A stretch of DNA of 32,000 bases from an uncultured Actinomycetes bacterium. GTDB lineage: Bacteria > Actinomycetota > Actinomycetes > S36-B12 > CAIYMF01. Made by a program: the position numbers and the translations under genes. The notes below the pieces were generated by a model. It did not search any database, was not told the origin of the DNA, and saw only the letters and a program-made list of their open reading frames with translations. The stretch spans positions 690,001 through 722,000 of the forward strand of contig CAWJMG010000001.1 of assembly GCA_963843975.1 (NCBI GenBank), written 5' to 3'. Positions 1 to 10,057 of this stretch are shown piece after piece; positions within the stretch are counted from its first letter, which is position 1; the number at the start of each line of letters is the position of its first letter.

Positions 1-397
1 ACGGGTCGCGGCCGACGACGACGTCGATCGTCATGCCGTGCCGCTCGAGCACCGCGGACGCGACGTCGACGGGCAGCAGCGTCACGACGGCGACAGGGCG
101 CGCGGCGATGGCATCGACGAACAGTCGCCCGCCCGGCATCTGCACCGAGCGCTCTGCGCCGGCGTGCTCGTGCGCGGCGATCGCGCGGTCGACCGCCGTC
201 CAGAGATCCCCCGGGGGAAGGTCGCCGAGGATCGCCATGCAGGCGCGGGTGGCGGTGGTCCAGGCCGTGTCGAGGCCGAGGTCGACCGGACCGTCGCCGA
301 TGAGCGGGACGACGTCGGCCCAGGCCGCGTCGTAGTCGGTGTGGGCCTGCACCTCGACGAGCGTGTGGTCGAGGTCGAGCAGGAGCGCGCCAGCCAT
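1..397 (-). CDS. HAD-superfamily hydrolase (3' end cut by window edge)
   Basis: Absent from the ORF track because it runs off the window. My minus-strand translation from ATG 397-395 reads MAGALLLDLDHTLVEVQAHTDYDAAWADVVPL... The HAD motif I DxDxT (DLDHT) sits at the N-terminus and third codon positions are G/C-rich. Confidence 0.55.
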   Translation of the reverse strand, partial: MAGALLLDLDHTLVEVQAHTDYDAAWADVVPLIGDGPVDLGLDTAWTTATRACMAILGDLPPGDLWTAVDRAIAAHEHAGAERSVQMPGGRLFVDAIAARPVAVVTLLPVDVASAVLERHGMTIDVVVGRDP

Positions 398-421
398 GCG
401 CGAACGCTAGCGCGACGGCTG

Positions 422-736
422 CTACGGCTCGAGCACCGCGCCCGCGGCGAGGAGTGCTCGGGCGACGTCGTCGTGGCTCTGCATCAGGGCGCTGTCGAGC
501 GCGGAGTCGCCGTGCTTGTTGACCCGCGAGTGGTCGGCCCCGCGGTCGAGCAGCAGCTTCACGGTCTCGAGGTGCCCCTGGTGCGCCGCCATGATGAGGA
601 GCGTGTCGCCGTTGGGGCTGGTGAAGTCGACGGGGACCCCTGCGTCGAGGTAGGTCACGAGGTCGGTCGTGCGACCCTCGCGCGCCGTCTCGAAGATGCG
701 CAGGGCGATGGTGATGACGTCGTCAGGACCACTCAT
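422..736 (-). CDS. ankyrin-repeat protein
   Basis: 104-aa ORF with ankyrin-like repeats: GDTLLIMAAHQGHLETVKLLLDRGADHSRVNKHGDSALDSALMQSHDDVARALLAAGA. Confidence 0.8.
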   Translation of the reverse strand: MSGPDDVITIALRIFETAREGRTTDLVTYLDAGVPVDFTSPNGDTLLIMAAHQGHLETVKLLLDRGADHSRVNKHGDSALDSALMQSHDDVARALLAAGAVLEP

Positions 737-770
737 GGACTGACCGTACCGAGGCCCGGTGACGGTGCCG

Positions 771-1757
771 TCACGCGGGCGTGACCGCCTCGAGCAGCTC
801 GAACCCGTGCCGGTCGATGCTCGCTGCCGTGCCGCTGAGGATGACGACGCCCACGCCCGCCGCGCGGTCGATGCCCCACCACGAGGCGAAGCCTCCGGTC
901 TGCCCGTTGTGCCAGGTGATGTCGCGGCCCTTGCGGCCGAGCACCATCCAGGCGGCGCCGATGCGGACGGCCGGACCGGCGAACCGCTCGACCGGGTCGA
1001 GCGCCGTCACTCCGGGTGCGGTGTGCGCGATGAGGGCCTCGGTGAGGATGGCGAGATCGCCTGCGGTGGAACGGATCCCGCCCGCAGGACCGAGCGCCTC
1101 GCCGATCCACGACTCTCGCGCCCGGCCGCTGCGGTTACGCCCACGGATTGCCGCGGGACGTACGTCGTCGACCGACTCGACGACGTACGTCGAGGTCATG
1201 CCGAGCGGCGACGTGAGCCGCTCGGCGAGCAGCTGCCGGTACGTCGTACCGGACGCGGCCGCCAGGGCGTGGCCCAGCAGCTCGAACCCGAGGTTGGAGT
1301 ACGAGTGCCGCCCGACATGGCCGGCCGGGGTGCGGGCCGCCTGCTCGAGCAGCTCCGCGAGGGTCTCGCCGTACGGGTTGGTGCCGCGCATCCAGAGTTC
1401 GAGGGTCTTCGTGATGGTCTGCGCGCCCTTGGGCAGGCGGGGCAGGCCGGACGCGTGCGTGGCGAGCGAGCCGAGCGTGACGCGGGCGGCGTCGCAGTCG
1501 CTCAGCGGGAGGACGTCGCCGAGCAGCGTGGTCGGCCGTACGACGCCGCGCTCGACGGCGTCGGCGTACAGCAGTCCGGTGAGCGCCTTGGACAGCGACC
1601 CGATCTCGAACTCGGACTCCAGCTTCGCGCCGTACGACGCGACCGTGGTGCCGCTGGGGGTGACGACCGCGGCCGCGGCGACCGGGTGGGTTGAACGGAG
1701 GAGGTCGCGCAGCCCACGGGCGAGCGTCTCGTCGCCGAACAACGGTGCCTGCGCCAC
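771..1757 (-). CDS. serine hydrolase / beta-lactamase-family protein
   Basis: 328-aa ORF with a GTG start. It has an SxxK active-site motif (IGSLSKALTGLLY) and class C/esterase-like context (YSNLGFELLG). Confidence 0.85.
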   Translation of the reverse strand: MAQAPLFGDETLARGLRDLLRSTHPVAAAAVVTPSGTTVASYGAKLESEFEIGSLSKALTGLLYADAVERGVVRPTTLLGDVLPLSDCDAARVTLGSLATHASGLPRLPKGAQTITKTLELWMRGTNPYGETLAELLEQAARTPAGHVGRHSYSNLGFELLGHALAAASGTTYRQLLAERLTSPLGMTSTYVVESVDDVRPAAIRGRNRSGRARESWIGEALGPAGGIRSTAGDLAILTEALIAHTAPGVTALDPVERFAGPAVRIGAAWMVLGRKGRDITWHNGQTGGFASWWGIDRAAGVGVVILSGTAASIDRHGFELLEAVTPA

Positions 1758-1941
1758 GCGTCGACCCTAAGCGGGCGGCCATCACGGCGGATACTCCCCC
1801 GCGACGGCCGCGCTTCCCGGCCGTTCGCGGGGTAGCGTCGAGCAGAACGGACAGTCGACCACCACGACCGAAGCCGCAGCAGGAACGAGAGCGAGCACTG
1901 ACGATGAACGTGCTCTTCCCGGACTGCGCGGGCACAGCCTG

Positions 1942-3375
1942 ATGGACGGCAGACGTCGGCAGGCCGCGCGCGGCGAGGTGCTGATCGCCAACCCCTACCA
2001 CCCGTATGCGATCGAGTTCATCGACCGCTACGCCCGGCTGCACGGGCTCAGCGCCGTCTGCGTCTACACCGACGAGGCCGAGATGCGCCGGCAGGCCTGG
2101 CGCTACCCCGAGCTGCAGGGTCCGCAGGTCTCGGCCAGCTACCTCATCGACGACGAGGCGCTCGAGGCCTTCGCCGACGTCCTGCGGGAACGTCACGCCA
2201 TCGTCGCCGTCGTGCCGTTCAACGAGGTCGTGCTCAGCCTGTCGGGTCGCATCGCGGAGCTCCTGGGCCTCGACTGGGCGCAGCCCGGCATTCTCGAGCG
2301 CTTCCGCGACAAGCACGCGCTCAAGGCTCACCTGCGCTCGCTCCACGACGGGCCGCGCATCAACGCCATCGCCGAGGTGCACACGGTCGACGACGTGCAC
2401 GCGGCCGTGGCCACGGGCCTGTTCCCGCGGTTCGTCCTCAAGCCCAACGGCGGTTTCGGCAACTCCCACATCGGCTTCTTCGACGCCGACGGCGACCCCG
2501 CCGCATTGGCGACGTACTTCGGGGAGATGGGCGAGACCGACCTGCGCGAGATGAACGGCGCGCAGCTGCTGATGGAGGAGTACATCGGCGGCGAGGAGTA
2601 CTTCGTCAACGGCTTCGTCGACGCCGACGGTGCGGTCACCCCGACGTACGTCGCGGTGCACCGGCGGGCGGCACTGAATGGTCGCGAGAACGTCGCGATC
2701 GGCTCGCGGGCGATACGTACGCACGAGCCGGAGTTCGACATGCTCGTCGACTACACCCGGGCCGTGCTCGCGGCCACCGGTCTTCGCCGCAGCCCGTTCC
2801 ACCTCGAGGTGAAGATCGACGAGGACGGCCCCTGCCTCATCGAGGTCGCGGCCCGGCTCGTCGGCGGCGAGCGCGTGTACGACGACGACGAGTCGCACGG
2901 CACGCTCGACGAGATCGCCGTCGCGGCACGCCTCTACCTGTCCGCAGACCCGGTCGGCGACATCGGCACCGACTGGACCACGTACGACGCCACGGTGCGC
3001 GGGCGCGTCAGCGGCACCAGCACGGAGTACGGCCGGATCGCGCGGCTCACGGGAGTGGACGAGGTCGAGCGATGGCCCGGCTTCGTGCGCTGGGCACAGC
3101 GGCCGCTGATCGGCGCCCGGCTCGTGCCGACGCGCACCATCTTCGAGCTGCCGTGGAGCGCGGTGATCGAGGCGGACACGGTCGAGGAGTTCGCGTCCCT
3201 CTCGGAGAGGATGCGGGCCACCATCAGGTGGGACGCGCACCCGTCGTTGGTGCCGAGGGCGGTCGGGGCCGCTCGCGCCCAGCTGCCGCGCGTGCGCCGG
3301 AAGCTGGGGATGCTGCGGCACCGCGCGCAGGTCGTACCGCTTCGCGATGGCGTCGCATCCGTTCGTATCCGGTAG
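1942..3375 (+). CDS. ATP-grasp domain protein
   Basis: 477-aa ORF. ATP-grasp signatures: FVLKPNGGFGNSHIGFF, LMEEYIGGEEYFVNGFVD, FHLEVKIDEDGPCLIEVAARLVG. An alternative GTG start at 1978 is possible. Confidence 0.8.
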   Translation: MDGRRRQAARGEVLIANPYHPYAIEFIDRYARLHGLSAVCVYTDEAEMRRQAWRYPELQGPQVSASYLIDDEALEAFADVLRERHAIVAVVPFNEVVLSLSGRIAELLGLDWAQPGILERFRDKHALKAHLRSLHDGPRINAIAEVHTVDDVHAAVATGLFPRFVLKPNGGFGNSHIGFFDADGDPAALATYFGEMGETDLREMNGAQLLMEEYIGGEEYFVNGFVDADGAVTPTYVAVHRRAALNGRENVAIGSRAIRTHEPEFDMLVDYTRAVLAATGLRRSPFHLEVKIDEDGPCLIEVAARLVGGERVYDDDESHGTLDEIAVAARLYLSADPVGDIGTDWTTYDATVRGRVSGTSTEYGRIARLTGVDEVERWPGFVRWAQRPLIGARLVPTRTIFELPWSAVIEADTVEEFASLSERMRATIRWDAHPSLVPRAVGAARAQLPRVRRKLGMLRHRAQVVPLRDGVASVRIR

Positions 3376-3445
3376 CGGGCCCCACCGCATGACCGGGTAC
3401 GGCGTGAACCGAGGTGCTGCGGCCTCAGGCCGATCGGACGCGATG

Positions 3446-3470
3446 CCCCCGAGAGGATCCGTCTCGGGGG
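3446..3470. terminator. GC-rich hairpin between ATP-grasp gene and tRNA (candidate bidirectional terminator)
   Basis: A perfect 9-bp stem, CCCCCGAGA (3446-3454) with TCTCGGGGG (3462-3470), and a 7-nt loop GGATCCG. There is no clear T-tract. The hairpin overlaps a partial copy of the tRNA 3' end. Confidence 0.4.
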
Positions 3471-3564
3471 GCTGAGCGGGCGCCTTCGGCGCGGCGCAGC
3501 GTCGGGTTCCTCCCGAATCAGAGGAGGGGGCACCCCACGGAGCGGCCTTCGGCCGAGTGGGATG

Positions 3565-3641
<77 letters not shown>

Positions 3642-3704
3642 GGGGAGCGATCGGAGGTCGAAGACCGACAGCCCGGGCGCAGGAAGAAGGATACCCGCGC
3701 CGAG

Positions 3705-5368
3705 GTGCGCGCCGGAGCGCGAGGCGTCAGGGCCAGACCTGCGCCGCTCGACCGGCCTGCGAGGTCCGACGCAACTGCACCCGGGACGCTGTGGCTAGAT
3801 CAATGGGTCACATTCGTGCCTGCGACACCGTCCAGCACGTCATCGGCCGCTCCGGTGCGGCACACTCCGCGCGTGTCTGAAGCTGAGTTGTCTCGACCCG
3901 AGCTGCCCGAGGCGACGCCCCCGCGGGAGCCGGCCGGTTCGTGGCGCCGACGTTCGGGCATCCGGTGGGCGGCAGCGGGTCTCGTCTTCGTCCTGCTCGC
4001 GACGGGCACGTACTGGCTGTGGCAGACGAACCTCGCCGATTCCGACGGCGACGGCCTGACCAACAAGGTCGAGACGACAGGGTGGGTCACACAGGACGGC
4101 ACCGTCTACAACACCGACCCCTACAAGTCCGACACCGACGGCGACGGCCTCACCGATTCGGACGAGGCCGGGGCACTCATCACCACGCCAGACGCTGGCG
4201 ATGTCTACCTCGGCTTCTCGCACCCGCGCCTGAGCGACACCGACGACGATGACCTCGGCGACGCCGACGAGGCCGACCTCGGGCTCAATCCTCGAGATCG
4301 CGACACCGACGACGACGAGCTCGGCGACGGGTACGAGGTCGACGTGGTCGGCTCCGACCCGGAGGCAGCCGACACGGACGGCGACAGCTTCTCCGACGGG
4401 TACGAGGACGCCAACCGCGAGACCCGGGGCTCGATCCCCTCTGGCCCGACGAGCAGATCAGCACCGGGACCTACCTCGCCGACTTCGCCAAGGGCGCTGC
4501 TGCCGGCGACCTGTCGCCCGGAGACTCCATCGCATGGCTGGCCGGCAACCTGGCCGCCGGCGCCGTCCCCGGCGTCGGCAGCGCAGCCGACCTCCGCGAT
4601 GTGCTGGGCTCGGCCATCCACGGTGATTGGGTCGGCGTCGGGTTCAGCGCGCTGGGGGCACTCCCCGGTGGCGATTCCGTCGCCGTTCCCCGCAAGGCCG
4701 GCGCCTTCATCGCCCGACACCCCAAACTGGCGGCCGCGGCTGCGAGGATCATCGCGAAGACCGACTACATCCCTGCAGGGATCAAGCTCGCCGTGGCGCG
4801 CCAGATCTATCCGGGCTGGGACGAGCTCGTCGCGTCGGGTGCTGACGAAGCGGAGCTCCTCCGACTCCTGAAGGGCCGGACCAACCTCGACGATCTGGGC
4901 AAGGCCCTCACGCGCTCGAGCCATGTCGCAGGCGTCGCCGTCCCGCCGGTCTCCACGCGCGAGCGCGGCAAGGCCCTCCTGCGCGACCTGCTCCGAGCCA
5001 AGGCCAAGGCAGCAGCAACAGCTGCGGCGAAGGGGGCGGCGACCGCGATCGCAGACGAGGTTCTGACCCAGGTCCGGATGTCGCTCGAGGGCTGCGGCAC
5101 GGACTGCGACGGCGTCGTGCGCGTCTTCGACCTGGTCGCGAGCGGTGTAGGCCACGAGACCAAGGTCGGATATGTGCCCTGGACCAGGTCCGTCGAGAGG
5201 CAGATCAGGAAGGACGCGTGGCTCATCGGGACCGGCGCGATCGGGGGCGCGCACTGGCACTTCCTGGCCAGCTCGTACTCCAACACCGTGGGGGCGGACC
5301 CGCGAGTGCTCGACGCTCTCGACTCGGCCGGAATCCCCTACACGATCCATCTACCTGCTGGCACGTGA
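3705..5368 (+). pseudogene. frameshifted polymorphic-toxin-like protein (TM helix, TSP3-like Ca-binding repeats, pre-toxin-TG-like region, REase-like C-terminus)
   Basis: ORF pieces 3705..4871 and 4601..5368 join if 1 nt is restored near 4428-4432, giving ...EDANRETRG | LDPLWPDEQISTGTYLADFAKGAAAGDL... Seen in order: a TM helix (WAAAGLVFVLLATGTYWLW); repeated DxDxDGxxDxxE units (TDGDGLTDSDE, TDDDDLGDADE, TDDDELGDGYE, TDGDSFSDGYE); a Gly-rich stretch AVPGVGSAADLRDVLGSAIHGDWVGVGFSALGALPGGD; and a C-terminal VRVFDLVASGVGHETKVGY with a D..ExK pattern. The start is uncertain; in-frame GTG 3873 is an alternative. Confidence 0.65.
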
Positions 5369-5382
5369 CGGACGCTCAGAGG

Positions 5383-5652
5383 TCAGTCCCAGAACTGGTC
5401 GGTGAGCTGGTCGACCGGCGAGGACGGGCGGACATGCTCGAGCGCGACGTCGTGGTGGTCGCCTGCGAGGCGGGTGTGCACGCGCTCGGACGCCGGAACT
5501 GCAAGGTCGAGACCGTCGTCGGTGGCGAGCAGCACCTGACGATCGCCGCTGCCGATCCCGGTGATCTCGTGCCACTGGTGGGACGTGAGGTCGAAGACGC
5601 TGTCGCCGACTGCGATCTCGGCGGGGAAGAGCGTCACGACGTCGGTGTGCAT
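5383..5652 (-). CDS. hypothetical small protein (89 aa), convergent with the toxin-like gene
   Basis: The internal ATG of ORF 5383..5799 is preceded by GGAGG about 10 nt upstream. The translation MHTDVVTLFPAEIAVGDSVFDLTSHQWHEITGIGSGDRQVLLATDDG... has very high GC3, unlike the antisense ORF 5218..5862. I recognise no family. Confidence 0.6.
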   Translation of the reverse strand: MHTDVVTLFPAEIAVGDSVFDLTSHQWHEITGIGSGDRQVLLATDDGLDLAVPASERVHTRLAGDHHDVALEHVRPSSPVDQLTDQFWD

Positions 5653-5858
5653 GAGGGTGGAGCCTCCGTGTCCTCGCGAGGCGGCGACCCGATCGGGCCG
5701 GTGGAAGCCCCGCTGATCCGATCCTTCTCCCCCGCGGTCACTGGCCGAGCGACACGGGTCCAGAACCGTGACGGGAGAGACAGGGCGACACGCGTGCACT
5801 ACGCCGAGACCCGTGCTCGTTTCCCCTCGGCGCGCGGAGCGGGCAGCATGGGGAGCCC

Positions 5859-8380
5859 ATGACGCCCACCCTCGCCGAGCTGATGCCCGAGACCCCTGAC
5901 GAGGACTCGCTGTACGCCGCCTTCAGCACCTGGACCGAGTCGCAGGGCATCGCGATGTACCCCGCCCAGCAGGACGCCGTCCTCGAGCTCGTCACGGGCG
6001 CCAACGTCATCCTCGCGACGCCGACCGGCAGCGGGAAGAGCCTCGTGGCCACGGCCGCGCACTTCATCGGGCTCGCCGAGGGACGCCGCAGCTTCTACAC
6101 CGCGCCGATCAAGGCCCTGGTGTCGGAGAAGTTCTTCGCCCTCTGCGACACGTTCGGCGCCGAGAACGTCGGCATGCTCACCGGCGACGCCGAGCGTGAA
6201 CCCCGAGGCGCCGATCATCTGCTGCACCGCCGAGGTGCTCGCCAACCTGGCGCTGCGTCAGGGCCCGCACGCCGACGTCGGCCTCGTGGTCATGGACGAG
6301 TTCCACTTCTACGCCGAGCCCGACCGCGGCTGGGCGTGGCAGGTCCCGCTGCTCGAGCTGCCGCAGGCCCAGTTCCTCCTGATGTCGGCGACGCTCGGCG
6401 ACGTCTCGTTCTTCACCAAGGACCTCACCGCGCGCACGGGTCGGCCGACCGCGCTCGTGAGCACCGGCGAGCGACCGGTGCCGCTGTACTACTCGTACGT
6501 CCTGACGCCGCTGCAGGAGACGATCGAGGAGCTGCTGTCCACGCAGCCAGGCGCCGGTCTACGTCGTGCACTTCACCCAGGCCTCCGCGCTCGAGCGGGC
6601 GCAGGCGCTGATGAGCATCAACGTCTGCACGCGCGAGGAGAAGGACCGGATCGCCGAGCTGATCGGCGACTTCCGCTTCACCGCCGGCTTCGGCCGGACG
6701 CTGTCGCGCCTCGTGCGCCACGGCATCGGCGTGCACCACGCGGGGATGCTGCCGAAGTACCGCCGGCTCGTCGAGACCGCTCGCGCAGGCCGGCCTGCTC
6801 AAGGTCATCTGCGGCACCGACACCCTCGGCGTCGGCATCAACGTGCCGATCCGCACGGTGGTCTTCACCGGCCTCAGCAAGTACGACGGCGTGCGCCAGC
6901 GCCACCTCAAGGCGCGCGAGTTCCACCAGATCGCCGGCCGCGCCGGCCGCGCCGGCTTCGACGACGGCTGGCGGCGTCGTCGTCCAGGCGCCCGAGCACG
7001 TGATCGAGAACGAGAAGGCGCTCGCGAAGGCCGGCGACGACCCGACGAAGCGGAGGCAGGTCGTGCGCAAGAAGCCGCCGGAGGGCTTCGTGTCGTGGGG
7101 CGAGCCGACGTTCGACCGGCTCGTCGGCTCCGAGCCCGAGCCGCTCACCTCGCAGTTCAGCGTCACGCACTCGATGCTGCTCAACGTCATCGCGCGCCCC
7201 GGCGACCCCGTCGAGGCGATGCGCAAGCTCCTGCTCGAGAACCACGACGACGAGCGCACCAAGCGCCAGCACGTACGCCGTGCGATCGCGATCTACCGCG
7301 CGCTGCTCGCCGGCGGCGTCATCGAGCGGCTCGACGTGCCCGACGAGGACGGCCGCACGATCCGCCTCACCATCGACCTGCAGCCGACAACTTCGCGCTC
7401 AACCAGCCGCTGTCGCCCGTTCGCCCTCGGCGCGCTCGAGCTGCTCGACCCGGAGGCGCCGACGTACGCGCTCGACGTCGTCTCGGTGATCGAGTCGATG
7501 CTCGAGAACCCTCGCCAGGTCATCTACGCGCAGATCAACAAGGCGCGCGGCGAGGCGGTCGCGGCGATGAAGGCCGAGGGCATCGAGTACGAGGAGCGGA
7601 TGGAGCTGCTCGACGACGTCACGCATCCGAAGCCGCTCGCGGAGCTGCTCGACGCGGCGTACGAGATCTACCAGCGCGGCCACCCGTGGGTCGCCGACTA
7701 CGAGCTGAAGCCGAAGTCGGTGGTGCGCGACATGTTCGAGCGCGCGATGAACTTCGTGGAGTACATCGGGTACTACCAGCTCGACCCGGTCCGAGGGCCT
7801 CGTGCTGCGCTACCTCGCCGACGCCTACCGCACCCTGAAGCGCACAGTGCCCGACGCGGCCCGCACCGAGGAGCTCGACGACATCATCGAGTGGCTCGGC
7901 GAGCTCGTGCGGCAGGTCGACTCCAGCCTGCTCGACGAGTGGGAGCAGCTGCGGTCGGGGACGGACGACGACGGCGCCGGCCTCGCACCGACACCGAGCG
8001 GCCCGCCGCGCGTCACCGCCAACAACCGCGCCTTCCGGGTGCTGGTGCGCAACGCGATGTTCCGCCGCGTCGAGCTCGCGGCCCGTCGCGACTGGTGGGC
8101 CCTCGGCGACCTCGACGCCGCGGACGGCTGGGACGCCGATGCCTGGCGCGAGGCGCTCGAGCCGTACTTCGAGGAGCACCGTGACATCGGGACGGGCCCG
8201 GACGCGCGCGGTCCGCAGCGCCTCATCGTCGAGGAGCAGCCCGGCCACTGGCTCGTCCGGCAGATCCTCGACGACCCCGCGGGCGACCACGACTGGGGCT
8301 TCAGCGCCGACGTCGACCTTGTCGCTTCCGACGAGGCCGGCGAAGCGGTCCTGACGCTCACCGACGTCGGCCAGCTGTAG
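5859..8380 (+). pseudogene. DEAD/DEAH-box (Ski2-like) helicase with DUF3516-like C-terminal region, interrupted by about 7 indels
   Basis: Conserved segments are spread over ORFs 5859.., 6196.., 6566.., 6843.. and 7802...
- Motifs seen: ATPTGSGKS (Walker A), VMDEFH (DExH), [50 protein letters not shown], then [15 protein letters not shown]....
- C-terminus: [19 protein letters not shown]...LTLTDVGQL.
- Frame switches near 6192, 6547, 6778, 6963, 7385 (deletion), 7417 and 7784. Confidence 0.85.
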
Positions 8381-8383
8381 TCG

Positions 8384-8430
8384 AACTGGTAGTGGAAACG
8401 GACGCTCTGCACTCCGAATCGACTACCAGT
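8384..8430. terminator. inverted repeat between convergent helicase and GGDEF genes (weak terminator candidate)
   Basis: ACTGGTAGT (8385-8393) pairs with ACTACCAGT (8422-8430), a 9-bp stem. The loop is large (28 nt) and there is no T-tract. Confidence 0.25.
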
Positions 8431-8438
8431 GCCGCCGG

Positions 8439-9494
8439 TCAGTCGTTCTGGGCAGTGCTCTCGGCTGCAGCGCGCAGGTCGATCGTCGCGGCGGCTCGAC
8501 GCGCCTTGTCCTCGTAGAGAAGTACGTCGGCGCGCGCCATCGCGGCGTCGAGGTCCTCGTCGGGATCCCAGTCGACGATGCCGCACGACCACGGGAACGG
8601 ATGGACGCTACGCATCCGCTCGACCGTGGCTGCAGCGCCCCGGGCATCGGTGTTGGGCAGCACGACGAGGAACTCGTCACCGCCGATGCGCCCGAGCACA
8701 TCACCGGCTCGCAACGCTGACCCCCACGCCCGCGTCAGAGCGATCAAGACCCCGTCGCCGGCCGCATGGCCGCGCGAGTCGTTCACGGTCTTGAAGCCGT
8801 CGAGGTCGATGGCGGCGAGGGCTGTCGGCGTGCCGGCCCGCTCGGTCACCGCACGGACGCGGTCGGCCTCCTCGACGACGCCTCGCCGGTTGGACACCCC
8901 GGTGAGCGCATCGTGCAGCGCCGCCTCGGCCGACACCTCGACCAGTCCACGTAGCTCGGTCATCAAGGCCGAGACCACCCACGGAACTACGACGATCGCC
9001 GTCGCCAGGAACCAGATGTACAGGGCACCGACGTGCACGGGGTTGACGAGCACCCCGACCGCGAGCGCGGCCAGACCTGTGGCGATACCGAGCGCGAGGC
9101 GCCGCGTCGGCACGAACGTCGCCGCCGCGACGAGCAGCATGAGCAGCGCGACACCCACGGACAGCACGCCCTGCGGAGTCACCCGAGTCGCCATGGCGGA
9201 CATCATGATCACGACGGCGGACGCAGCGGCCGCCTCGAGGATCCACCGGGGGCGCGCGGGCGGGACGAGCAGGCACAGGACCCCGAGCGCGGCCAGCAGC
9301 AATGAGGCGAACCGGTCGGGCACTTCCGGCGTACCGGCAGGGCCGAAGAACGACCACAGCAGCGCGTCGAGGGAGACGAGGAGCAGGACGACGCCGATCA
9401 CGGCGCCGGGACGTCGCAGCAGGAGGCCGCGCTCGAGCGCCACAGCGCCCACCTCCGCCCCTCGCAAGACCCGTCCCCGGAACCAGCCTTGCAC
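8439..9494 (-). CDS. membrane-anchored diguanylate cyclase (GGDEF domain)
   Basis: C-terminal GGDEF domain: LTGVSNRRG, AAIDLDGFKTVND, GRIGGDEFLVVLP. The N-terminal half is hydrophobic with multiple TM segments. The ORF-track start at 9779 overlaps the divergent gene, so I prefer GTG 9494, which has GGGAGA about 10 nt upstream. The start remains uncertain. Confidence 0.8.
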   Translation of the reverse strand: MQGWFRGRVLRGAEVGAVALERGLLLRRPGAVIGVVLLLVSLDALLWSFFGPAGTPEVPDRFASLLLAALGVLCLLVPPARPRWILEAAAASAVVIMMSAMATRVTPQGVLSVGVALLMLLVAAATFVPTRRLALGIATGLAALAVGVLVNPVHVGALYIWFLATAIVVVPWVVSALMTELRGLVEVSAEAALHDALTGVSNRRGVVEEADRVRAVTERAGTPTALAAIDLDGFKTVNDSRGHAAGDGVLIALTRAWGSALRAGDVLGRIGGDEFLVVLPNTDARGAAATVERMRSVHPFPWSCGIVDWDPDEDLDAAMARADVLLYEDKARRAAATIDLRAAAESTAQND

Positions 9495-9660
9495 GTCGCG
9501 GCATCTCCCGCGGATCGTCCGACAGTCCCCGTCACTCGTGTCCGAGCGGTTGAGCCCGCCCTGGTGACCCTGGTGAGAACGGAGGTTGCAGGGTGATGTC
9601 GCGGCGGCACCGAGCGTCACTGTCCCGGGTGCCCCGAGCACGGCGCGTACAGTCGAGGAC

Positions 9661-10047
9661 ATGTCCGAACGCCTGCTCGAGATCGCGCGCGACGCCGACG
9701 GGCGGTTCATGGCCACGATCGACGACCGGCGGCCGCAGGTCGAGGTCGGCACGTGGGACGACGTACGCCGCCTGCGCAACCAGACCTACCTCGTCGACCA
9801 CTGGGCCGAGGGCGACCTCGACGCGTTCGTGGCGCTGCACGGGCACCCGTTCGACCAGTGGTGGAGCGAGCTCTCCGAGGCCGCTGCCGCTGCGCTGGTC
9901 GCCTCGCCGTCCGGCTCGCTCCCGGTCGAGCACGAGGCCGAGGTGAAGCGGTCGCTCAGCCGGCAGCCCAAGCAGGCCGGCCTCGAGCTGCAGGGCTCGT
10001 CGCTCTCCCCCGCGCTGCGCACCTACATCGAGGCGAAGTCCGCCTGA
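9661..10047 (+). CDS. hypothetical protein (128 aa)
   Basis: ATG 9661 preceded by GAGGA. The translation MSERLLEIARDADGRFMATIDDRRPQVEVGTWDDVRRLRNQTYLVDHW... has high GC3. I recognise no family. Confidence 0.6.
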   Translation: MSERLLEIARDADGRFMATIDDRRPQVEVGTWDDVRRLRNQTYLVDHWAEGDLDAFVALHGHPFDQWWSELSEAAAAALVASPSGSLPVEHEAEVKRSLSRQPKQAGLELQGSSLSPALRTYIEAKSA

Positions 10048-10057
10048 CGTACCGGGC

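Noticed and set aside
3900-4420. Repetitive GAC-rich DNA considered as a tandem repeat or array
   Set aside because: The periodicity comes from in-frame coding of DxDxDG calcium-binding repeats. The units are not identical at the DNA level and have no spacer structure.
4419-4436. Programmed -1 ribosomal frameshift in the toxin-like gene
   Set aside because: There is no X-XXY-YYZ slippery heptamer in the zero frame (GAG ACC CGG GGC TCG). The same window contains many similar unprogrammed-looking indels in unrelated genes.
4205-5350. 381-aa minus-strand ORF opposite the toxin-like gene
   Set aside because: It is antisense to a sequence with clear domain repeats on the plus strand. I recognise no motifs in it, and its composition is a typical GC artefact.
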